IMG/VR virus record: IMGVR_UViG_3300042503_000838
Location: 1 to 64,000 of that record
Strand: one strand, 5' to 3'
Length of the DNA stretch: 64,000 nt
DNA from: a virus
A program made the translations under genes and the position numbers. The notes under the pieces are model-generated. The model worked only from the letters and a program-made list of their open reading frames with translations. It was not told where the DNA came from and did not search any database. This document shows, piece after piece, positions 29,649-37,431 of the stretch. Positions within the stretch are counted from its first letter, which is position 1. Each line of letters starts with the position of its first letter.

Positions 29649-29783
29649 ATGACATCCAACACTTCCAGTCACAAGCGTATGACTGATGAAGAACTTGATA
29701 AGTTCTTGGAAACCTTCTGGGAAGACATTGATAACACCCATGAAGATTCCGACAGTGTTGTGATTGAAGAGGAAGTTAAGTGA
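29649..29783 (+). CDS. Small acidic protein (44 aa)
   Basis: Hand translation MTSNTSSHKRMTDEELDKFLETFWEDID...; first gene of a tightly coupled plus-strand operon. Confidence 0.6.
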   Translation: MTSNTSSHKRMTDEELDKFLETFWEDIDNTHEDSDSVVIEEEVK

Positions 29784-29935
29784 ACAACGCTTCCCTGTCT
29801 GTTGAAGAGATTATTGAAGAGTATCAACACGCTCGTGATGAGTACAAACGAGCTGTTGGTGATCGAGATCGTGATTATTGGGATGGCTATCTAGCCGGTA
29901 TTGAAGCTGTTCTTCCTGAGGTATCTCACCGATGA
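29780..29935 (+). CDS. Small protein (51 aa)
   Basis: GTG start overlaps the previous TGA; stop overlaps the next ATG. Confidence 0.6.
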   Translation: MNNASLSVEEIIEEYQHARDEYKRAVGDRDRDYWDGYLAGIEAVLPEVSHR

Positions 29936-30279
29936 ACCACCCCATCACCCCACCGCCGGAGCTGGTGGAGCAGTGGATTGAGGAAACAAGGTCTCACGAC
30001 TGCATCGGCGCATACCCTGCGGATTTGGAACAATGTGTCGCCACCCGCGCTGCCCAGTGGGGTAGCGACCAGGAGCTGGAGGCGTGCTGTGAGTATCTGG
30101 TGCGCTGCGCCCAATGGGAGCCAGAGGATGTCGCAGAACTCCGCGCCGCCCGCCGTCCACAACCCCAGACGCTGAACAGCATTGCGATGCAGATGCTGGG
30201 AACGATTGAGCGCGATGGCCACTACATCCCTGAGATCACTGACACCATCCGCCGCGCACTGGAGCAACTCAATGACTGA
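29932..30279 (+). CDS. Hypothetical protein (MNHPITPPPELVEQW...)
   Basis: ORF track; GC-rich; coupled at both ends. Confidence 0.75.
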   Translation: MNHPITPPPELVEQWIEETRSHDCIGAYPADLEQCVATRAAQWGSDQELEACCEYLVRCAQWEPEDVAELRAARRPQPQTLNSIAMQMLGTIERDGHYIPEITDTIRRALEQLND

Positions 30280-30559
30280 CTACCGCGCCCTGTGCGCCCG
30301 CATGGCTGACGAGCTAGATCGTTACCGCCAGCTCCTGATGGATGATCGCCGTGAAACTCATGCGTTGGCGGCTGAAGCCCGCGCCGCCCTGGCCCAGCCC
30401 GAGCCGCAGGGGCCGACGGATGAAGAGCTGCACGACCTGTGGGATCAGGAAGGCCCTGAGGCTGACTTCCAAGAGTGCCGCCGCTTTGCCCGCGCCGTCC
30501 TTGCCAAATGGGGCCGCCCCGCCATCGAGCCGGTGCCGCAGCAGGAGGCTGAGCAATGA
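30272..30559 (+). CDS. Hypothetical protein (MTDYRALCARMADEL...)
   Basis: ATG 30272 in the frame of track ORF 30182-30559; overlaps the previous stop. Confidence 0.75.
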   Translation: MTDYRALCARMADELDRYRQLLMDDRRETHALAAEARAALAQPEPQGPTDEELHDLWDQEGPEADFQECRRFARAVLAKWGRPAIEPVPQQEAEQ

Positions 30560-30729
30560 CTGACCCCTCCCCCGCCGCTCAGGCGATTCTGGATGCCGTG
30601 CGCGAAATCTGCCCTGCGCCTGCCGATGAGATTGCCTCTGCCGCCCTGCGAGCTGCTGCTGTGTACTGCACACGCGAACGACGCATCTTGATGACCATCG
30701 CCGCCGAGCTGGAGGGTGGCAATGTGTAA
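30556..30729 (+). CDS. Small protein, 'SPAAQAI' family paralogue 1 (57 aa)
   Basis: Hand translation MTDPSPAAQAILDAVREICPAPADEIASAALRAAAVYCTRERRILMTIAAELEGGNV. Confidence 0.7.
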   Translation: MTDPSPAAQAILDAVREICPAPADEIASAALRAAAVYCTRERRILMTIAAELEGGNV

Positions 30730-30985
30730 CAAATCGCAGGGTTTTTACGGTTTGAACAGTACGCTTTCCCCCGCCGCGCAGGCGATCGAAGACGCATACT
30801 TCAACGCCGATGGCTTTGGCTACCAAGCCGGTCTCGCTGCCGCTCTCCGCGCTGCTGCCGATCAGGTATTAGCTGCTCAGTGGGAAGGACGAATAGAACC
30901 CGATACAGCGCACAGTCTCGGCATCAATTGGACCCGCGATGCGCTCCTCGCCATCGCTGAAGAGCTGGAGGCCCTCAATGACTGA
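30722..30985 (+). CDS. Small protein, 'SPAAQAI' family paralogue 2
   Basis: LSPAAQAIEDAY...AAALRAAADQV...LLAIAEELEALND parallels the previous gene. Confidence 0.7.
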   Translation: MCNKSQGFYGLNSTLSPAAQAIEDAYFNADGFGYQAGLAAALRAAADQVLAAQWEGRIEPDTAHSLGINWTRDALLAIAEELEALND

Positions 30986-31175
30986 CCTCAACTGCCCCGT
31001 GGCAGCTTGTGTTGAAGCGTACTGGGACAACGAGCGCTTTTCCAACTCTCTAATTGACGCCCCAGAGCGGATGCAAGCGGCCTTTGACGTACTCGCTGAG
31101 TGGTGTGACCTGCTGTGCTATTCAGACACCGCCAAGAGGCTTAGAGAGGCCTCTGAGGAGGTTCTGGTAACCTAG
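30978..31175 (+). CDS. Small hypothetical protein (MTDLNCPVAAC...)
   Basis: ATG 30978 overlaps the previous stop; last gene of the plus-strand cassette. Confidence 0.65.
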   Translation: MTDLNCPVAACVEAYWDNERFSNSLIDAPERMQAAFDVLAEWCDLLCYSDTAKRLREASEEVLVT

Positions 31176-31183
31176 GTAGTTAC

Positions 31184-31570
31184 CTAAGGGTCAAGGCCAC
31201 CGTCGTTTCCTTCTTCGTACAGAGACTCGAAATCTCCTTCTTCATTCAAGAAGTAACACTCGCTGTTCTTGATCCTTTGGTAGTCACCCTCCAACAGGTC
31301 AGCAAATGAACCGACTAACGATTGGCACAACGCTGCTTCTAACACTGATTTATGAAGCGTCGTTTGTGCCAGTACAACTTGCTCTAAAGTCTCAGACTCC
31401 TCTTCTTCCTCCTCACCCGCTTCGCTATTCATTTCCAGATACTCCAAACACTGATTGGCGCGTGATTGAAGCACCTGCATACGTGCCATCAAAAGGGGTA
31501 TATACTGCTTTGCCACTTGCTTAAGCGGCGCGTAGAACTTCTCCCTTCCAGACATAGTGGGTTGTGTCAC
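31184..31570 (-). CDS. Hypothetical early protein, acidic
   Basis: 128 aa ORF converging with the plus-strand cassette. Confidence 0.7.
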   Translation of the reverse strand: MTQPTMSGREKFYAPLKQVAKQYIPLLMARMQVLQSRANQCLEYLEMNSEAGEEEEEESETLEQVVLAQTTLHKSVLEAALCQSLVGSFADLLEGDYQRIKNSECYFLNEEGDFESLYEEGNDGGLDP

Positions 31571-31683
31571 GGGCTGTTAAAGAGGTCTTCCAACAATTTA
31601 GCCCCTGCCCCGTGGCGTGACCCGTGGCCGTGATAGTAGTTAGACCCGAACATCTGTACTACTCTCCCCTCTCCTCTTGATAC

Positions 31684-31730
31684 TGAGAATCATTCTCAAG
31701 TAGTCCTATTGCTGTTGCGACTCATTCTCA
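31684..31730. promoter_or_regulatory. Two Fur-box-like 7-1-7 palindromes
   Basis: TGAGAAT-C-ATTCTCA (31684-31698, perfect) and TGCGACT-C-ATTCTCA (31716-31730), in an intergenic region. Confidence 0.55.
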
Positions 31731-31782
31731 ATAAACCTGATCTCTCACAATATCGGCATATAACGATAACGTTATATCGTAA

Positions 31783-31814
31783 GTAAAGTTAAAGGGGCCC
31801 TAGATAAGGCCCCT
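31783..31814 (-). terminator. Probable intrinsic terminator
   Basis: AGGGGCC/GGCCCCT stem (31793-31814) followed by TTAACTTT on the minus strand, downstream of 31915-32586. Confidence 0.6.
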
Positions 31815-31914
31815 ATATAACTCTTAATTAGCTCTTAAATAGCCTAAAACAGTGATGATAATAGGGAGACAGAAGAGTAAACAATACCCGAGAAACTTAG
31901 GGAGCTGATACATC

Positions 31915-32586
31915 TCAACCTCTGCGCTCCTCCACTGTTTGCCAGAGAGTTATCCCCAGGTAGGTCATACCAGCGTTGACGAGAGCAGTAGCAAAGTCGT
32001 CAGGATCTTCTATTGTTTGACCTTCCACTAGTTGAAGACGTGAGGTGTAGCCATAAGCTGAGCAAGCCTCATCAACCCAGTGAAGGACACAATCAGTATT
32101 GCATTCGTAGAAGTTAAGAAGATCTTTGATATAGCACATATCAATATTTACGAAATCAGAACGATCGTAATTAGAAAGAGCTTCAGGAGCGTCGTTGTAG
32201 CGATCAATGAACCACTCGACACAGCTATCGTTTACCCAATCAAACGCATCATCAACAATGAACTTGAGAGTGTCGTACTCACACTGCTCATCTTCAGTGA
32301 TGCAGAGGTTTCGGTAGATTTCTTTGGCGTTGTCACTAAGGGAGTTCCATCCAGTGAACAAAGCACCAGGATCAAACCTCATTGCGGATATCTTGGAAAG
32401 CCTTTCGTAGCCCCTGCTAAATTGTCCGTCGTGATGCTCACTCCAGAACAAATGGTGAGCAGACACGATGTCAAAACGATCAAAGGTTGCAGGGCTCATC
32501 ATTGTCGTCGTCATCATCGGATTCAGTGAAAGGAAAGAGGGAGTCGGAATCGTATTCAAGCTCCCAGCGTGATAGTTGGTCTTCAC
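31915..32586 (-). CDS. Early protein with acidic C-terminal half (possible Ocr-like DNA mimic)
   Basis: Early-region position; ~28 D/E versus 7 K/R in the last ~125 aa (manual count). Function is inference; start may be nearer 32514. Confidence 0.5.
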   Translation of the reverse strand: MKTNYHAGSLNTIPTPSFLSLNPMMTTTMMSPATFDRFDIVSAHHLFWSEHHDGQFSRGYERLSKISAMRFDPGALFTGWNSLSDNAKEIYRNLCITEDEQCEYDTLKFIVDDAFDWVNDSCVEWFIDRYNDAPEALSNYDRSDFVNIDMCYIKDLLNFYECNTDCVLHWVDEACSAYGYTSRLQLVEGQTIEDPDDFATALVNAGMTYLGITLWQTVEERRG

Positions 32587-32619
32587 ACCAGGAGTTGAAC
32601 AAATAGAACGCTGGGTTGT

Positions 32620-32739
32620 TCACCTAATTAGAACAACACGTTGAGTACCACTGTGAGTTACTGAGCTATCGCTTGCCTCATCGATTGCCATAAAGACCAG
32701 AGCACAAACAGCGAGGGTAGACAGGATAAATTCTTTCAT
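32620..32739 (-). CDS. Small protein with hydrophobic N-terminus (39 aa)
   Basis: MKEFILSTLAVCALVFMAIDEASDSSVTHSGTQRVVLIR; start overlaps the previous stop. Confidence 0.55.
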   Translation of the reverse strand: MKEFILSTLAVCALVFMAIDEASDSSVTHSGTQRVVLIR

Positions 32740-32936
32740 CAGTACAACTGGCTAACGGTGATCTCGTTGCCCTCTGTATCAACACAAAGGAAACCTAAAG
32801 CTGCAATGGTGCCTAGAGCGCTAGGAATCAATGTTTTAGTGCCTGTCAAGCGAAGCAGGAGGATGGCTTCCTGACTTACTGGATAGGCTCTCGTAAGGCC
32901 GTAGTGGCTCTCAAGTTTAAAAGTAATTGGTTTCAA
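32739..32936 (-). CDS. First early small protein (65 aa)
   Basis: ORF track; first ORF after the long non-coding stretch. Confidence 0.65.
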   Translation of the reverse strand: MKPITFKLESHYGLTRAYPVSQEAILLLRLTGTKTLIPSALGTIAALGFLCVDTEGNEITVSQLY

Positions 32937-33116
32937 GGTTTGAAAGGAAAAGGGAAAGCAGCAAGCCCTCTCGGCTCGCTTGACGGAACTATAGACCCTG
33001 ATCAGTGCCAGGTAGGGCTAGAGGCTACTGATCCTGTTGTAATCCGTAACAGTCAGTTCAGAGGCCTCTGGAAGGTCCTGCAGCAGGCCTGCAGAAGCTT
33101 TAAGTGGGGATGGTAG

Positions 33117-33188
33117 TGAAGGCTGTCTGAAGGCTGTCTGAAGGCTGTCTGAAGGCTGTCTGAAGGCTCTCAGAGGGCTCTCAGAGGG
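33117..33188. repeat. 11-bp tandem repeat (TGAAGGCTGTC x4 plus degenerate copies)
   Basis: Four perfect units at 33117-33160, then TGAAGGCTCTC, AGAGGGCTCTC, AGAGGG. Confidence 0.95.
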
Positions 33189-33416
33189 CACCTAGATGTG
33201 GCCAAGCGCGCGCGTGTACATGTGATTAGCCAAACTTATCAATCCCCTTAAAACCCTCTAATTGCCTTATCAATTGCCATCGTTATGCCCCCCTATAACG
33301 GCATCGGCATGTGTTTATAGGCCCTTTAAAGGCCCCCAAGGGGGGTTTGGGGCCGGGGCGATACGCTAACTAGGGCTCAAAAATCTGAAGCAAAACCCTT
33401 TCACCCCATCAAAAAT

Positions 33417-33440
33417 AAAAAAGGAGCCCTTTAGGACCCC
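33417..33440 (-). terminator. Probable terminator ending the late/thyX transcript
   Basis: Minus strand GGGGTCC-TAAA-GGGCTCC followed by a T run. Confidence 0.65.
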
Positions 33441-33572
33441 CTTAAACCTTTTATCTACCTTCAACTTAAAATCGGGGAGACGTTATCGGACGCCTCCTGA
33501 ACCGAACCCTAAGGCCAACACAACTATAAACCCTTCTGAGAGCCCTTTAGGAGCCCCTAAAAAGCCCTCTAA

Positions 33573-33791
33573 TTACTTCTTCGACCTGTTGTAGCTCTTA
33601 CTGACCACTTGAAGGTTTTTAGAGCTGTTATTACGGGGGTTACCGTCTTTGTGATCTACGTCTTTACCGTTAACGTTGTAACCAGCTTTTACAGCTTTAC
33701 GTCGAGCTTTGTTACGGCTTGATCTGTTTTCTCTTTGTTCTGGTTTGGAGTGGTAATTGTCGTATTCCTTACGGTAGTTACGCTTTGTCAT
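33573..33791 (-). CDS. Small HNH-motif protein
   Basis: 'GKDVDHKDGNPRNNSSKNLQVVSKSYNR'. Confidence 0.8.
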   Translation of the reverse strand: MTKRNYRKEYDNYHSKPEQRENRSSRNKARRKAVKAGYNVNGKDVDHKDGNPRNNSSKNLQVVSKSYNRSKK

Positions 33792-34426
33792 AACCAGTCA
33801 AGAGCTTTACCAATAGTAGGCAACTCTTTACAAAAGATTTGTTTAGCTTCGTTAGCTAGTTGCAAGTGTTCTAGTTGAGTCCCATTTTGAGACCGTAGAT
33901 CAATGTAGTGGATCCAGCTTCTGATTGAACCAGCCATATACATCCTGGTTGGAGTAGCTAGGGGAAGAACTTCACGAGCACACTCTTTAGCTACACCACT
34001 GGATACCATCTCTCGGTACAGATCTTGAGCCTCTTCAAACAGCTGACCAATACGCCTGTAATAGATCTGAGTTTTAGCTGTATCTAGATCATCAATACTG
34101 TTCTGCCTGTTTGTCAGGTCTTGTCTTCTGAGGTGAGGAGCTTTGGCATAACCAATAGCTTCTGTATCTGCGTATCGCTGACTAAATTCTTGAAAGCTGA
34201 AAGACCTATGTCGAAGTATTTGAGCAGAGATAGATCTAGTGGTGTTTATCTCCAGGACCATATGAACCATTTCAAAGGGTGACCAATGCTTATGGTTGAT
34301 CAAGTATTTAATAAGTTTTTCTGATCCTTGGTTATTACTTTGATTACTGGGGTTACTGACCCTAGCCATATAGACCACTAGGTCTTCTGCATCAGGTGTG
34401 ACTGTGATCAGCTTTACCCTGTCCAT
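33788..34426 (-). CDS. thyX: Flavin-dependent thymidylate synthase
   Basis: ThyX signature 'RHRSFSFQEFSQRY', plus 'HWSPFE' and 'AKECAREVLP'. Confidence 0.97.
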   Translation of the reverse strand: MDRVKLITVTPDAEDLVVYMARVSNPSNQSNNQGSEKLIKYLINHKHWSPFEMVHMVLEINTTRSISAQILRHRSFSFQEFSQRYADTEAIGYAKAPHLRRQDLTNRQNSIDDLDTAKTQIYYRRIGQLFEEAQDLYREMVSSGVAKECAREVLPLATPTRMYMAGSIRSWIHYIDLRSQNGTQLEHLQLANEAKQIFCKELPTIGKALDWL

Positions 34427-34429
34427 CGT

Positions 34430-34649
34430 TAAAGCCCTTGTAACTGGCTTAAGCAGCTTAGGGCTTTAAGCAGCTGTTTAAAGGCTGTCTAACTGGTCTT
34501 AAATGGGTCTTTTTAAAAGGTCTTTAAGAAAGAGGTCTTAAAGAGGTAACAGCTAAAGACCTCTTTTAAAGAAGACTCTTTAAGTACCTCTTTAAATACC
34601 TTTAAAAGGAGTCTAACTACGCTGTCAAGTACCCCTCTCCAAGAGCGTA
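34430..34649 (-). promoter_or_regulatory. Control element copy B (inverted homologue of 29465-29640)
   Basis: Reverse complement carries TACGCTCTTGGAGAGGG, the identical 23-mer ACCTCTTTAAGACCTCTTTCTTA, several TTAAAG(AG) repeats and a TTGACA (plus 34623-34628). Confidence 0.6.
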
Positions 34650-34799
34650 TCTCTTAAAGGGGGGTCTCTTTGCGTATCACCTAGAGGGGCTTTTACCGTA
34701 AACCCTTCTGAGAGGCCCCCAGAAGACTCTCTAAGGCCCCTTTAAGCCGTTTTAGGTGTCAGGGTAGCCAAAGGGCCTTTTAAAGCCTCCTAGAGTCTT

Positions 34800-36557
34800 C
34801 TAGAGGTCCTCTAGCCAATTAGAGGCTCCTGAGGTGGCGTAGAGGGCTTTTTGAAGGTCTTCAAGGGATCTGGCGTATCCAAGAGCATCAATAGAGAGAC
34901 CACCGTCACCTTGGACAAACTTTCGTTCCAGTTCCCACTGTTCTGCTTCCCTAGCAGCGATAGCTTTTTGTTCTGTAACAGCCATCGACTCAGTAAAATA
35001 CTGAACAGCCATTGCTAAGGCGTCTAAGCGGTCGTCATGCCTGATGCTGTTTTTCTCTTTGGTAATCCTTGTCAGCTGGAAAAACAGTTGATATTGGCTT
35101 CTGACTTCGCCTGGGTAGCACTCTGTGGAGGCAATGTCGTTAGTGATTACGTCAGTGTCAACCATGAGCCGGTGTTGGTTAAGGACAGGCTCAAGGGTGT
35201 CGATAATGCGGAGTTCCTTTTGCTTTGTGTGTCGAACCTCTTCAACAGTGCAGGGGTAAATCGTTCCGAGGTATCGCTTAAGAAGCTCGGAGAACATACC
35301 GAGGCCGAGGTTACTTTCAACAAGTATTTGCTTGACCTTGAACTCTTTAGCGATGAGGGCCAGCTTTTTGAGGTTCGGTTCGCTGTAACCACCCCTAAGG
35401 CCACCACTGGAGAGGAGGAACAAATTACCGTTCAAGTAAGCCACTACTGCGTAGCCAAGCTCGTCACTGCCGCGTCCAGAAGGGTCAACGGCCATGACCA
35501 CCCCGGTGTATTCAAGAAATTCATCCCCTATTTGGGCCGGTTTGTAAAACAGATCACCATGAAGACCGACTGAGGGTAGGTCAAGGGCTTTATCGCCGTT
35601 AGCAAGCCACACGACTTTATTAGGGCCGTTTTCACGGTTTAAACGGAACACACAAAGGTCTCTGAGCTTGAGAGGAAACCGCTCCTCATCACTCAGGCTG
35701 ATGTCCAACAGGAACTGCAGGTTGAACGTTGAACGACCGATAGAGAGCTGACGAGCTTCCAGTTCAGCCCAGTCAAAACGTTCAGGGTCTACAGGGTGTC
35801 CAGCGAGGCCTTTATCAGCTTCTAGATCGGCTTGGATCTTGGGTGCTAGACGGTCACCGTAATAGCTTTTAAGCTTTTTACCGGTTGGATACAGAGCAGG
35901 CCAGATCCTTACGTTGTAACCAGAGACCTCAAGCTTTGCGTAAACACTGTCTTGGGTGTGAGGCGTACCAAGAAACACGATCTCACCACCAGGCTTGATC
36001 ACAGAGTCAAACTCTTTAATGGACTCCCGGAGCTTGTCTCGAATCAGTTGAGTTTCACAGGACTGGGGTGTCTCAACGTCGTCAGCAACGATGAGGTCAG
36101 CACGGGAGCCAGTAATTTGACCAAAGATACCGCTGGAACGTACCGAAGGAGACTGGTCTGGTTTTGCGCCGTAAACGTCAAAAGCAACCTTACTAAACCG
36201 TTGCGTGTCGCTAGGGAAAAGGTCTTTGACCATAAACCAGTTGCGTAACAAGTCATGGCAAAACACGGAGAACGCATCAGCACGGTCTTGAGCTGCAGAG
36301 ATCACCAAGACCTTACAGTTTGGATCCCTACGGAGTCTCCAAAGTACGTAACCAGCTGTCAAAAACGACTTACCACAGCCTCGGTAAGCCATGATGATGC
36401 GACGGCTAGGACCGCTTTGTAGAAAGTCAGCTACTTGGTATTGGACCGGTGTTGGGCTAGGAAGCCGTAGGTAATGCCAAAGGTGAGTAGCAAAGATTGG
36501 AAAACTTTCTACCGCTTCCTGAATAATCTGTTCAGTCTGTTTGCTTTGCCGTGCCAT
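34800..36557 (-). CDS. gp19: Terminase large subunit (T7 gp19-like)
   Basis: 'AYRGCGKSFLT', 'GQITGSRADLIVADDVE', 'LGTPHT', nuclease 'AVDPSGRGSDE', 'HDDRLDAL'. Confidence 0.97.
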   Translation of the reverse strand: MARQSKQTEQIIQEAVESFPIFATHLWHYLRLPSPTPVQYQVADFLQSGPSRRIIMAYRGCGKSFLTAGYVLWRLRRDPNCKVLVISAAQDRADAFSVFCHDLLRNWFMVKDLFPSDTQRFSKVAFDVYGAKPDQSPSVRSSGIFGQITGSRADLIVADDVETPQSCETQLIRDKLRESIKEFDSVIKPGGEIVFLGTPHTQDSVYAKLEVSGYNVRIWPALYPTGKKLKSYYGDRLAPKIQADLEADKGLAGHPVDPERFDWAELEARQLSIGRSTFNLQFLLDISLSDEERFPLKLRDLCVFRLNRENGPNKVVWLANGDKALDLPSVGLHGDLFYKPAQIGDEFLEYTGVVMAVDPSGRGSDELGYAVVAYLNGNLFLLSSGGLRGGYSEPNLKKLALIAKEFKVKQILVESNLGLGMFSELLKRYLGTIYPCTVEEVRHTKQKELRIIDTLEPVLNQHRLMVDTDVITNDIASTECYPGEVRSQYQLFFQLTRITKEKNSIRHDDRLDALAMAVQYFTESMAVTEQKAIAAREAEQWELERKFVQGDGGLSIDALGYARSLEDLQKALYATSGASNWLEDL

Positions 36558-36786
36558 TGCTATGAGCCCACTTAAAAACTTGGCTCAAGTTATTCTGCAG
36601 CAACAGGTTCATCTTTACGTAAGCAATCAAAAGGTCTTGAAGGGTTTCTTTGCTTACGGTAGGTAGGTCACGCTCAATAGCAGCCACACGAAACTGCTGT
36701 TCAAGCGTCAGTTCTACCTTTGGCCAAGGCGGTAGATCTACACCGCTATTGGGTAAGGATTGGTAAATCTCGTCGAATTGATCCAT
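36532..36786 (-). CDS. nblA: NblA-like phycobilisome degradation protein
   Basis: 'ELTLEQQF..AI...L..VSKE.LQDLLI.Y.KM' matches the NblA 'LSLEQQF' helix-turn-helix pattern (recalled, not searched). Confidence 0.7.
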   Translation of the reverse strand: MDQFDEIYQSLPNSGVDLPPWPKVELTLEQQFRVAAIERDLPTVSKETLQDLLIAYVKMNLLLQNNLSQVFKWAHSNGTAKQTD

Positions 36787-37118
36787 TGGAGGATGGTCTG
36801 CTTACGCTCCTCACAGTAGTAAGGTTTGCGCTGATACCACATCATCCAGTGCTCTGAGCCTTTGTTGTGGTTACAACGCTGACAAGCAGGAACTACGTTT
36901 GTTGATACGTCTTGACCTCCACGGGTCTTGGGTTGAACGTGATCAAGAGTGAGTTCTTCGTGATGCTCACCGCAGTAAGCACACCGGTTGCTAAACGCTT
37001 CTTTGATTGACTGTCTCCATTGACGAACGGCTTCTTTACGCTGCAACGCTTGAAGGTTAGCCATAACATCGTCAGGGCTTAAATAGACAAAACCCCCAGC
37101 AGGCGATCTAGTCACCAT
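36738..37118 (-). CDS. HNH endonuclease
   Basis: 'CAYCG...LTLDHVQPKTRGG...NVVPACQRCNHNKG'; next to the terminase genes. Confidence 0.92.
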   Translation of the reverse strand: MVTRSPAGGFVYLSPDDVMANLQALQRKEAVRQWRQSIKEAFSNRCAYCGEHHEELTLDHVQPKTRGGQDVSTNVVPACQRCNHNKGSEHWMMWYQRKPYYCEERKQTILQWINSTRFTNPYPIAV

Positions 37119-37158
37119 ACCGGGGGCTCTGCTTGGTACATATAGGAAGTTTTAGTTC

Positions 37159-37431
37159 CTAAGCACCAATATAACTGCGAACCTTCTTGATATCGACATC
37201 TGGAAGCGCAGAAATCATTTCAGAAATAGCAGAGACATCACCACCGTTAAGAGCAGTAATACCTTGGTCCTTCAGGAACTTAATAGCGTTAGCAAGGTCA
37301 GAAGCTTTTACGTCGTCACGATTCAGCTGATCGATCAGTTTAGTAGCCACCAAGCGGTGAAGACTAAACAGATCATCATCCGAAGCTAGACCTTCAGTCT
37401 TATTTAGAGACTTTTTTGGCGAGGCTGCCAT
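37159..37431 (-). CDS. gp18: Terminase small subunit (T7 gp18-like)
   Basis: 'ASDLANAIKFLKDQGIT' motif; position upstream of gp19. Confidence 0.8.
   Translation of the reverse strand: MAASPKKSLNKTEGLASDDDLFSLHRLVATKLIDQLNRDDVKASDLANAIKFLKDQGITALNGGDVSAISEMISALPDVDIKKVRSYIGA

Noticed and set aside
30314-30826. Minus-strand ORFs across the GC-rich cassette
   Set aside because: High GC suppresses stops; the plus-strand ORFs show tight ATGA-type coupling and paralogy, so they are preferred.
33117-33188. CRISPR array
   Set aside because: 11-bp units are directly adjacent with no spacers; no cas genes.
35037-35573. 178-aa plus-strand ORF opposite terminase, and similar ORFs opposite nrdA, portal and gp16
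   Set aside because: Antisense shadows of well-supported genes.
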